A model generated the notes under the pieces. It was not told the DNA's origin. It made no database searches and was given only the letters and a program-made list of their open reading frames with translations. Of a stretch of 64,000 bases of DNA, positions 12,100 to 24,300 are shown in pieces; the first letter of the stretch is position 1, and each line of letters starts with the position of its first letter. Position numbers and translations under genes: made by a program. The DNA is taken from contig NC_082722.1 in the NCBI RefSeq assembly GCF_030144855.1, positions 19,344,001 to 19,408,000 on the forward strand. The letters run 5' to 3'. This DNA comes from Hypanus sabinus (Eukaryota).

Positions 12100-12175
12100 T
12101 TCGTGAGGAAATGTATTAATCATGTAAACATGACGTAGGATGACGCCACCACGATGCAAAATAATGTGGTTCAGA
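12100..12175. promoter_or_regulatory. Candidate proximal promoter of gene 1
   Basis: GAGGAAAT (Ets-like) at 12105-12112, two TGACG CRE half-sites 10 bp apart at 12131 and 12141, and TGTGGTT (Runx) at 12165-12171, all 80-145 bp upstream of the ATG. Short motifs like these can occur by chance. Confidence 0.3.
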
Positions 12176-14319
12176 TTTAAAATCTGCTTGGGCTAGGAGG
12201 AAAATAAAAACTCTTATAGTTTTAATTTTTTACATGGCTTACCTCGTGCTTTCCTGATAATGCTGGCAATTTTGGCCTCTTGCTGAATTCAGAATTTTGG
12301 CCTCCTGGTGAATTCAGGAATTATCCAAATCTTTTTTGAGATACAAATTCAAATATGTACTCTGCCCATTTTGATGGTAAAGATGCAAATCCGTTTAGGA
12401 GTTGAAAAATTGTCTAATAGCGGGCAAAATTAATAACACAATTTCTTCATTCCAATTTACATTTGAAGTTTTGCTCCATTTTAATCATATCCCTTCAGTG
12501 AAATAGCACCGCGCTGGTTTCTCTACTAAAGCAGTTGCGCTCTTACGGCCAAAAGTTTTAAAGACGCGACGGGAAGAGAAGGTGTTATATAAATGAAAAG
12601 TTTGTTTCTCTTGATAATTTCCTTTAGGGTTTGGTCATAACGGTTCGACTAGTGAACTACTGCTTAATGTCTGAATTGCAAACCATAAAGGAAAAGATGA
12701 ACGACACTGATTTGAACAGCAAGTATATTCTCTCGGATTTCTTAATGCACACGTCTCCGGCACAATGTAGGATTTTCGATTCTGAACAGTTATGTCTGTT
12801 GCTTCAGCAATTTTCATGTAACTTAAATCTATATGTTTCATGAAACAAATGAATATAATGTTAAAACGGTACGAATTTATTCCAGTGACAGATTTCAGGC
12901 TGTTTTATTTTTAAAGTAGGCCCCATTATACTCAGGTTCCTTACTCACTTCTGTGACCAGCTCGCACAAAGAATTCAGCGAAAAACAGCAGCAAATGCTG
13001 TCTGATATAGAAATAGATTCAGGGTATAGTATTTTGATCACATACAGAGAGAGCTTAGATTTCCAACAGCAAGTTATTCAGTTTAATGATGACAGAGGTT
13101 CAAGAGGTACTGCGATAAAATCGATAAAGTGCGCATCGAGAAAGCCTGAAATGATTGGTTGCAATTCCGAGGCACCATTTAAAATCCAATAAGCCCGAGC
13201 ATTTGCGTTGTGGGAAATGCTGCTCTTTCAGATATATCCTACATTTCCACAGAGTAAACAGGAGACAACAGGATAGTTCATCGAGCAAAAAAAAAGATTA
13301 ACGTGATACAGAAAAAATGGATTACCGCGCACCCATGTGTCTGACCTGGCAGGGCATAAATTGTTCTTCATTTATAAAATGACAACACTGAATATTCAAA
13401 CCCATTTTGGGTGGCGATGTAACAGTACTGACCTTCCATGTGCTTCTTACGAACGGAGATAAGATTCTGATTCTCATGTCAAACGCTTCGCCATTTTGAG
13501 CAGTAATATTTCCGAATTTCCATGAAGCGGTTGGGATGTTATACAGTTTTCACAGAAGCTTTATCACCTTTATTGAATTGCATCTCCTGTCCTCTCAGAT
13601 CTGAAATTATGTAGCGGCTTTAGACCTAAGGATCTTCATAGGTAACACATATTTTGTCTATTGGACCCCTATGGATGCAATTGAGGTCAAATCGTTACGA
13701 GTTTACCCAGGAAAGGAAATGGATATTATGAACATTATCCTGCTGTGGATCTGGAGACTAATCTAAAGAGAGAGTATTCTAATGAAAGACAGCTTAATTT
13801 TATATTGCAGGCAATTTGTGATGCCGAATAAAAAGATCTGTCTACGGCAGAAAACACAATTTCCAGAAGGTAAGTTTTCTGTCGAGATTTATGATTTGAT
13901 CTTCTGATATTCTTTTTTCTCGACACATCAATCCTAAAGATGAGAGCACTGTGATTAGTTCCCCATTAATCACTCTCTGTTCTCCATTAGTCCATTCTTC
14001 ATACTGTGTAAGAATTGAGCTGTAACTTGGACCGATTACTAAGCATTATAAAACAATTTAAGCACGTTTGGGATTTTCGTGGCATTTCATAGGTAACAAA
14101 TGAATAAGACTGCGGATACATTTTTAGTTTTTAATGCTTTGGAGATGAATGCTACTTCTGTATATTTTCAACTGCATAAACTTATTCAGCGTTCACTGTG
14201 GCGGAAAAGCACAGGAAAGTGTAGGACGCTTGTATAAACAAGGAAAACCTACAGCACAATGCACGAACGGCGGCCCATAGAGCTATACCGAACATGTCCT
14301 TATATGCCAAGGACGCGGT

Positions 14320-14910
14320 CTGGAAGAGTAGCGTGCCGTCAAGGTACCGGATTTTCGTGGATTTGGAGACGAGCTAATCCGATGCCGGTGCGGCTGCCTG
14401 ATGGGAGTACATAGAAGATTGAAAGCAGCGAGCTGGCTGCTGGCTGTGAACCCAGAGACCCGGGTTTTTCGAGCACAGAGCTCGGAAAAGGTAAGGCAAC
14501 AGACTTTTAAAGCAAAGAATCAGCAAATTGTTTTGTGATATCTGCCCTTTCGCTGCGAAACGTGTACATCATTTTTTTCCCTTATTAGGGAAGAGAGTGA
14601 GATCTGTGGTCTGTCGAAAACCGGCCGAACGAGTGGTCTTTTGGAAACTTCACGTCTGTCTTTCTTGATGCTTTGGTCCACGCTTGAATGCTCGACTGGG
14701 GATGCAGATGATTTCTTTTTATGCTGGTGTGTGGAGGGTGGTCGTTGCTTTGCTACTGCTTATGCGTGGGAGTGATTAGATGTAGGGGGGGCTTTGGGTT
14801 TCTAACATTTAACTGTCATTCATTCTTTGGAGTACTGCACTGTTTTCATGAATGTTTGTGAAGGAAAAGAATTTCAAGATGGATATTGCATATATTTCTC
14901 TGATCCGAAA
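14320..14910 (+). repeat. Unclassified interspersed repeat
   Basis: Abrupt GC/CpG-richer block ending in a LINE-like 3' tail (gaaggaaaagaatttcaagatggatattgcatata). The family is not assigned. Confidence 0.4.
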
Positions 14911-17900
14911 TATCCATTTATAACCTACTGGAATAAAATGAACGTTTATATACATTTGAAAAAGTATTTTTCAAATATAGCTGCTTAATTAACAGAAAAG
15001 AAATCACTTCAAAATTTGAATTAATTTCTGTTTTTTGTCATCATTATGAGATAAGTTAAGTGAAAAGAACGTCGCGATATTTAGACATCATGAAACAGCA
15101 ATAACGATCAGATTTGAAATGATGTAAATGGAAGAAACTGAATTCTGATTTTCTTCATGAGTAAGCTGGCAGTTTTGTTCGCAATTTCAACGCTAAATTA
15201 TTCGTTGGGTAGAGGCATTTTTGCTAAACGGTCGGCTGAAGGAAGATGTAAATATCACTGCAAAACTCAAAATTGTCTCTCCTAAATCCCACTACACTTA
15301 AATCAAACTAACAACATATTGGACCTCTATTTAGTCATAGCTCTCGTTGCGGAAGTTAGCTTCGGTTGTTACCATCCCGTGCTCTTTAAAGCATGTCCAT
15401 CTACGTACGTTGCACGTTGCTGTTTTTGAATAAACGAAGATGTATTTTTGATAATTAGAAGATGGAGAGCGGCCGAGACCAACATGTGATGTTCTTTGAA
15501 AGTAAATCATATTGACCATTAGTTCATTATCCTGCGGCTGCAGTGACGCTGGAGTCTGAAAGAAAGTGGTCACGTGTATCTGTATCTCATTGATTATCAG
15601 CAGAAGACAGTAACCGTAATGTTTGCTTTTTTAAATAAACTTTCTCTTTCTGATTTTCCATTCGGGCTGAAATATCGTTCTACGGTCCATCTCTCACCGA
15701 CAGAGTAATGCTCGTGCTCATTTTAACATCGAAACTTTCATATGAAGGTTAATGCAATCTATTTAAGGGAGCAGCTAAATGCTAAGATCAAAGCAGCCTT
15801 TCTGCTACCGACGGACTGAGATACTAGTGTTGCAAAGCATTATTTTAAGGATCGCCGACGGTCAAATTAACCTGCTGCTTCTGTGGCTTGTAGATTAGGA
15901 TGTGTGAATAATTGTAAATAAAATCTGGACAATAAAGTTCGATCAAAAAGCTGCCACCGCATACCTGGAAGATTAAAAGGTGGACCTTTTTACCTGGGTC
16001 TCAGTGTCTTTCTGATTTGCAGTAACTTCTGTCATTCTGGGAATAATCTGAAGGCGAGGTACTCTTGCAGGTTTGGAGGCATTATCTGCCTATAAAATTA
16101 TTTGTGACGCTATTTATGGATTGAGTAGATTTAGATTTTCGCATTTTCTTTCATTTTGACTTTAAAACTCAGTTTCAGTGCAATCATGAACCATTGTCAA
16201 ACAAAGACCCTATAAGTAAAACAAAGATAATGTTGACTGTGCAGAAGGTTAAAATGGGTGAACGGCTGAAACCTGTTTTTCTTCTGATATGCAGATTCGA
16301 AGCGTTATAGTTAGTGAAATTTCGTAAAAAGCATAGTATTTACGTTTCTTTTCACAATATGTATTTTAAAATCAAATATACCTAGCAATAAACGAACATC
16401 TGCAAAAAATCCTACAATAATATGCACGCTCCACATTTATGCTCAATCACTTCAAACTAAGGAGTCATTTGCATTTCCGCCAAACGTTGAAAGCAGATTC
16501 CAGAGGAAAATTAAAATGTTCATTGCAAATATTTCGCAAATAATATGTTATGCAACCAGAATGGCTTCTTTCTGTTCAGCTAAGTTCTAAGATTCTTCAG
16601 AATTAACATGTTATTTGCTTCGCTTATTGCTGTACTTCTGCTCCTAATTCAACAATTTTAGAAACTTAAGAAACCGTTTCATCTCAACAAATTGGTTTGA
16701 TTCTCACGTCCTTTCAAAGAATTACGCTTACACTTGAAGGAAAAGGGGTGGCTGGAGAATCTATGAGCCTTCCGGTGAATATTGTGTCATGATGCGAATC
16801 AATTTTTTTTTACCCAAAGTAAGATCGCCTGAAGTGCATTATGAAAGTGTGCTGCAGTGCCTATTATTCTATTATTGTGTTTTATGTATTACATCCACCT
16901 TCGTCTTTTGTGAATTATATTCCCTCTCACCTAAAGTGTCTTTCTTACTGTTTGAGTTACATTGTGCTTTCAGCTATGTCAGAGGTACTAGTTCCAAAAT
17001 TTACCTCAATCTCTTTACTTACTTTGTGCATACAGTCGATTGTGAAGATAACCATATGACTCACTATCATGATTCGACCTCCAACTTAGTATCACTGAAA
17101 GGATTTCTTCATACCTGAGTAGGTATTGTGTGAGTAGCCATTTAGGGTACCTGGGTGACAGTGAGAATCAATTCGGAGTTTGATTACTTCGCTTCTGTTC
17201 GTCGTAATGAAGCAATAACGCCTACCGAACATTTAGTCGGAGGAAATATTTCCTTCTCATTGATCGTTGAATAGCGATCATTAAAAATGTTCTTTTCTTA
17301 ATTTCAATTCAGAGTCACAATATTATGAAAGCCGGGAATTTTATTTATACAGTCCCTAATCATGATGTGGAACACAACACATTTCTATGTTTTTTGTTAA
17401 TATTGGGTTATGTGCCAGATAATCTGATGGAGGGAGAACCTTTGAAATAAATTTATTTATTATTTAAAATAGTAGTAAATTCTGTGATTTATTTACTTTG
17501 TACGATCACACACAAAGAAACATGTGGCTTCGAATCAATCAATGCATTTCAAATGTAGAGAACTTCTACTTGAAGGTTTCAGTAGAATTCCATTATTCAA
17601 CTTCTATGCTTCACGTTATTGTTCAAAGTAAACACAATACAATCCGGTTCTGCGACTCGCTCATATCATTTAATTGCTAAAGGAACATCAGCTTGATATT
17701 TGAAGAAACCTATACAGTGCAATGTTTTCTTGAACCTAAATTTTCTCCTTTGTCTCCACCTTCATTTTCGCATTGTGCTAATCATTTTGTTTTTCATTTT
17801 TTTCTCTCTGTTTTTCAAATGTTTCCTGATAATTTCTGTTCTACTTGTATCTCTCTGTTCACTTGTGAACTCTGGAGAACCGCCCGATTACTGCGAGTAT

Positions 17901-20293
17901 CCAAGGTGATATTTCCTGTTGACAATTTATTTCTCCTTCATATCTCCAAAGAAGCAATGCTTCTGAATAAAAAATAAGGTCATTTGATACAGCATGCATT
18001 ACCTTTCAGCCTCTCTATTAGAGAACTGGAAATCACTTTTCTTCAGCAGTGATCAGCAAACTATTTAGTTACCTCTTTTGATATTTGGGAAAAGACGAAA
18101 AGCTTGGAACGTTAGCTCTATGGAAATGGTCGGGATTTAAAGGAAGATAGAAAATAAGTAACCACCCTCGTGAGTTTATGTAATGAAAAAGCGAATGTTT
18201 TTATTTGTGAAGCGAAGTATTTTGATTATTAACCCTGCTTTAAATGCTTGCATCCAGGCTGATATGACAATAAAATATGACGAATTTACTGACCTTGGAA
18301 AATCTGTTAAAAAACTGCAGTTGTGAAATAATAAGCATAACATTTGAAGATGTTGTGGAAGATAATTTGACAACTACATCTAACGGGCGTTGGCTGAACA
18401 CAAAACATTAAGTAAATGGCAGGACAGTACTTTCTAAAAGGGATCCATTTGGCAATAAAATGGAGACAAGATACTTCGGACGCTGGAAGATGGAGCCACA
18501 CAATAAGCGTTGGCTCAACTCAGCGTACTGTAGCTCTGGACTTCGGCATCAGCAGAATATTTTGTGTTTATAAATTTTATCATTCTTAGGAACACAAATT
18601 GCAAATATTCGATGTTATTAGAAAATATTGGAAAATTTTAAACAGGTATTTAACTGATATAAAAATAGTTGATATACATTTGTTGTTTGTGAATGACATA
18701 TTGTGAGTAAAGAAACACATACTTTCAGAAATAGCTTTACAAGTAATTTACTTAAATTAACTTTCTTACTTTTCAACTAAGCGTGAAACGCGATAACGTG
18801 GGTATCTGTAACTTACTCGCCTGAGGTGGTAAAGCTTCCGTGCACACGGAGTTTCCATGATGTCAGCAGCTAACTGTGAGTGCAGTCACTTTGCTGTGTG
18901 TGCTCTCGTTTATCAAAAACATCTATACTGGGTGCATCCTGTCATTGCAAAGTTAGAAAAGATCACTTCTGAGGATTAGAAATCGCGTTTCACGTGCAAA
19001 ATAGGTGCCTCTTTCGACAAATAATTTACATTTCCATCAAGTCAGAACAAAGGAAAACACAAGTACACATAAACGCAATATTGCACAATAGGTTCTATAC
19101 TTGCAGCATGAAAGTTTATTTTGATATATTTTTAAAATCGTTACCATACCTTGATGGAGCACAGCAAAAAAGTATTTCAATCACTTTCTGATTCTGAGCA
19201 CATCAGATAATATGACAAAACACATGTTAAATGTTAACAATGTTAAACGCACAGAAAAGGAGTACAGAAGAGAAGAAAAACACTAAATTACAGAGTTAAG
19301 GTTCGGCATTGTTCGCCTTTGAAAACAGGCGATCATTGGGAGTTGGAGAATGGAGTATTCCACAAATTAGCCGAGCTATACTTTCAGCTCTGGGCCTGAA
19401 TAAAAGGAGGTAATATCTGGAGGAACAAAAGCACAGAGAGGTTTGAAAGGATGGATGACAATTATATAATCCATGTTTTCTTTCACTAAATGGCGGAGTG
19501 GTTCGGTGAGTCCGTGGTTTTCTGATAAACGGGTTGCATAAACCAATCATAACCAGTCACGCAGAATTCTTGAAATTAGACTTCCATATTGACACGCATA
19601 TATAGTCACCCAGTTATGTCCTCTCGGCCAGGAGTGCACGAATAAGCACAAAGGCAGACATTTCCTCTGCATCTACTCGGACTGCAATAATCTGTTCGAA
19701 ACTGTTCAATCTGATTGCCTTCCTAGCACAATAGCCAGGAATGTCGACCAATTATCGCACTTCTTCAGTGACAGTATTCCGAAAATTTCTGAATTATAAA
19801 GACATTTTCCTTGCTCGGCTACAGCAGGTCCACAAATCTAGATTTCTGTAACAATACCGACACTATACGAAGGCCGGCATTGCTGAATATACTCTTAACA
19901 CTCATCTTGCATTAAATTACTTTCCTCCAAAATTGTGCTGTGCAGTACGTGGCAGGTCCTCGTGTTCTATCGTCCAGGGCTCAGGACCTACCTTTATTCT
20001 GGTGCCCCAGTGCTTCAAATTTATAATCGCCATACTCAGACAATGTATTATTTTTATTATTATTTCGAGTTGGTAAATTCAAGCAAGCTAATTTCTCAAC
20101 TGATAGCAAAATTCAAACTGGTGTTTAGAATTGTGGCTTTCAGGAGATTTCTATAAATATTGCTGTGTAGACCTGATTGTTTAATGCTTTTACGTTATGA
20201 TTTTGGGATGATATCAGTTGTAGATATTGCTATTTGGACAAGGTATACCCTTTTCATGTTCCACAGTCTTTCAATTTTCTCTTTTAATTTCAG

Positions 20294-20348
20294 GTGATTT
20301 TCACTCATCGATTTCTTATATTGTGTGTCTTTGGACTGGCTATATCTA
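20294..20348 (+). pseudogene. Orphan leader-like exon (VIFTHRFLILCVFGLAIS + phase 1)
   Basis: Long polypyrimidine acceptor and a perfect A|gtaagt donor. It is 55 bp, hydrophobic and phase 1, but has GTG instead of ATG. Confidence 0.45.
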
Positions 20349-20735
20349 GTAAGTAGGTTCTTTTTGCTTGTTTATCCTGTAATATTTATATACGAAATGT
20401 TATTATAAATTGTCCCATCTGTAATAATGGATTAATTGTATTATAGCTTTGTGAGACTCTGACTCTCAAACTGAACCAGACACACGTTTATCGCAAGGAA
20501 AGGTTCCACTACTGAGTTTGAAATATTAAGCAAGATTTTGGTAAAGAATGCTTGCCACTTAATTGTGCCTGTCTGAGTAATCGGATTGACTTCAACTGTG
20601 GCAATGTCCTGTAATGAGTTAGGTAGTTTCTGGCTTCCCATGGCCTTTCTGCCTGCATCATCTGACAATTTTCAGTGGTTTCTATTCTGTATTTTTGATC
20701 ATTTTTTGAGTGAACCACCTGGTCCTGCATGCCTC

Positions 20736-21335
20736 TGTTATGGTTCAATCCGTAGCACGCAATCCGTCCGCGGCCTCTGGACTCCGGGTCTCGTAGCCGT
20801 CCCTCCTTTCACCCTTAAGCAAAAATGGGATCATCTTGGCTTAAGGAGGCGCATCTGATGCCTGTCAGCTGGCAGGTTTATATAACGGGCTCTGGCAGTT
20901 CGTCTAGTTGGGGGTCATTCTGTTTGTCTTGTTCTCGCTGCTCCCGCTGTTCCGTCTTGTTCACCTTGTTCGCGCTGTTGCTCTGTTCGCCTGTCTACCC
21001 CTTTAGACCTGGTTGTCCTGTTTGCGCTGGTCGCCCGATTTATCCAGTTCCGACCTGTTCGTCATGTTTGCCCTGCTTGCGCTGTTCGCCCGGTTTCGTT
21101 CTGTTGATCTTGTTCGCCCCGGCTTGGAGTACCCACCGTTAATCTTCGAGTTCTGTGAGTCAGTCTCAGAGTCACCCAGGACCGAGCTCACTTCCTATCC
21201 CTTGCCTCCGTCGGGTGAGCCCGGCCGGACTACCGTTGCCCGGCGGGGAACTCTGCCCTTTCCTACCCCTCGCTTCCGACGGGTAGTGCTCCGCAACCTG
21301 CCCAGGCCCTTGTGTTCCTGCCTGGGCCGGGCGCT
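20736..21335. mobile_element. LTR-like CpG-rich element, right end truncated or undefined
   Basis: Starts tgttatgg, has internal ttgttcgc-type short repeats and no protein signal. It abuts CR1 sequence on the right. Confidence 0.45.
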
Positions 21336-21336
21336 G

Positions 21337-24300
21337 CCCTTGACCTATGAAAGCTAACATCTCATAAGGTTTCTTAACTACCCTATCTACCTGTGAGGCA
21401 ACTTTCAGGGATCTGTGGACATGTACACCCAGATCCCTCTGCTCCCCCACAGTACCAAGTATCCCGCCATTTACTTTGTACTGTGCCTTGGAGTTTGTCC
21501 TTCCAAAGTGTATCACATCACACTTCTCCGGGTTGAACTCCATTTGCCAATTCTCAGCCCACTTCTGCATCCTATCAATGTCTCTTTGTGTCGTCTGCAA
21601 ACTTGCCAACACTTCCAGTGCCACATCCAGGTCGTTAATAAAAATTACAAAACGTTGAGGTCCCAGAACAGATCCTTGTGGGACAGCACTAGTCACAAGA
21701 CCCAAACTGAATGTACACCCTCCACCAGGACCCTCTGACTTCTGCAGGCATGCCAATTCTGAATACACTTGGCCAAACTTCCCTGAGTCTCGTGCCTTCT
21801 GACTTTGTGAATAAGCCTACCGTGTGGAACCTTGTCAAATGCCTTAATAAAATCCATGCAGATCACATCCACTGCACTACCCTGATCTTATATGACTGGT
21901 CACCTTCTCAAAGAACTCTACCAGACTTGTTAGGCACGAACTGTCCTTCACAAAGCCATGCTGACTGCCCCTGATCAGACGATGATTCTCTAAATGCCAA
22001 TAGATCCTATCTCTAAGAATCTTTTCCAACAGCTTTCCCACCACAGACGTAAGGCTCACTGGTCTATCATTACCTGGACTATCCCTACTACCTTTTTTGA
22101 ACAAGTGGACAACATTCGCCTCCCTCCAATCCTCCGGCACCATTCCCGTGGACAACGAGGGCATAAAGATCCGAGCTAGAGTTTCAGCAATCTCTTGCGA
22201 GCTTTCCTCGTGGAGCAGCCTGGAGAATATTCCGTCAAGCGTTGGGGACCTATCCGTCCTAATGAATTTTAACAGCACCAACACCTCCTCTCCCTTAAAA
22301 TCAACTTGCCCCAGAACATCAGCCTCACTCATATTGTTCTCACCGTCATCAAGTTCCCTCTGAATGGTGAATACCGAAGAGATGTATTCATTGAGGACCT
22401 CGCTCACTTCCACAGCCTCCAGGCACTTCTTCCCACGTTTCTCTCCAATCGGTCCTACCTTCACTCTTGTCATCCTTTTGTTCTTCACATAATTGAAGAA
22501 TGCCTTGGGGTTTTCCTTTACCCTACTCGCCAAGGCCTTCTCGTGACCCCTTCTCGCTTTTCTCAGTCCCTTCATAAGCTCCTTTCTTGCTACCCTATAT
22601 TCCTCAATAGACCCATCTGATCCTTGCTTAATAAACCTCATGTATGCTGCCTTCTTTCACCTGACTAGATTTTCCACTTCACTTGCCACCCATGGTTCCT
22701 TCACCCTACCATTCTTTATCTTTCTCACCGGGACAAATTTATCCCTAACAACCTGCAGCAGATCCTTAAACATCGACCACATGTTCATAGTACATTTCCA
22801 TATATAACCATATAACAATCACATCACGGAAACAGGCCATCTCGGCCCTCCTAGTCCCTGCCGAACTCTTAAGCACACCTAGTGCCACCTACCCGCAATC
22901 ATCCCATAACCCACCACTCCTTTCTTGTCCATATACCTATCCAATTTAACCTTAAATTACACAACTGAACTGGCCTCTACTACTTCTACAGGAAGCTCAT
23001 TCCACACAGCTATCACTCTCTGAGTAAAGAAATACCCCCTCGTGTTTACTTTCAACTTTAAACTTTTGCCCCCCAACTCTCAAATCATGTCTTCTCGTTT
23101 GAATCACCCCTACTGTCAATGGAAACAGCCTATTCACGTCAACTCTATCTATCCCCCTCAAAATATGCTGATTATACTAAGGTAGGAGATCACTCTGTTC
23201 CACTGCATTCCTCAATGCCCTACCATTTACCCTGTATGTTCTATTTGGATTATTCCTGCCAAAATGTAGACCCTCTCACTTCTCAGCATTAAACTCCATC
23301 TGCCAACGTTCAGCCCATTCTTCGAACCGGCATAAAACTCCTTGCAAGCTTTGAGAACCCACCTCATTATCCACAACACCTCCTACCTTAGCATCATCGG
23401 CATACTTACTAATCCAATTTACCACCCCATCATCCAGATCATTTATGTATATTACAAACAACATTGGGCCCAGAACAGATCCCTGAGGCACCCCGCTAGT
23501 CACCGGCCTCCATCGCGATGAACAATTATCCACCACTACTCTCTGGCATCTCCCATCTAGCCACTGTTGAATCTATTTTATTACTCCAGCATTAATACCT
23601 AACGACTGAACCTCCTTAACTAACCTTCCATGTGGAACTTTGTCAAAGGCCTTGCTGAAGTCCATATAGAGTACATCCACTGCCTTACCCTCGTCAACAT
23701 TCCTCGTAACTTCTTCAAACAATTCAATAAGTTTTGTCAAACATAACCTTCTACGCATAAATCCATGCCGGCTACTCCTAATCAGATCCTGTCTACCCAG
23801 ATAATTATCATTACTATCTCTAAGAATACTTTCCATTAATTTACCCACCACTGATATCAAACTGACAGGTCTATAATTGCTAGGCTTACTTCTAGAACCC
23901 TTTTTAAACAAGGAAACCGCATAAGCAACACGCCAATCCTCCGGCACAATCCCCATTTCTAATGACATCTGAATGATCACCGTCAGAGCTCCTGCTATCT
24001 CTACACAAACTTCCCTCAAGGTCCTGGGGAATTCCTGTCAGGACCGGAGATTTATCCACTTTCAAATGTCTTAAAATCGCCAGTACTTCCAGCTCTTTAA
24101 TTCTCATAGGTTCCATAACTTCCTTACTTGTTCCCCACACCTTACTCAATTCAATATCCTTCTCCTTAGTGAATACCGAAGGGAAGAAATCGTTCACAAT
24201 CTCTCCCTTCTCGCTCGGCTCCACACACAGCTGACCACCCTGATTCTCTAAGGGAGCAATTTTATCCCTCACTATCCTCATGCTTTTAATAAAACTGTAG

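Noticed and set aside
17700-17909. Hydrophobic ORF ending GEPPDYCEYPR as a TM plus tyrosine-motif tail
   Set aside because: The hydrophobicity comes from a T-rich low-complexity tract. The splice sites are weak and there is no linked upstream exon.
20447-20545. DSQTEPDTRLSQGKVPLLSLKY*ARFW*R as a TCR-alpha V start
   Set aside because: It lacks the Cys, has several stops, and would make the reconstructed V exon about 100 bp too long. It is kept only as context for the split-V finding.
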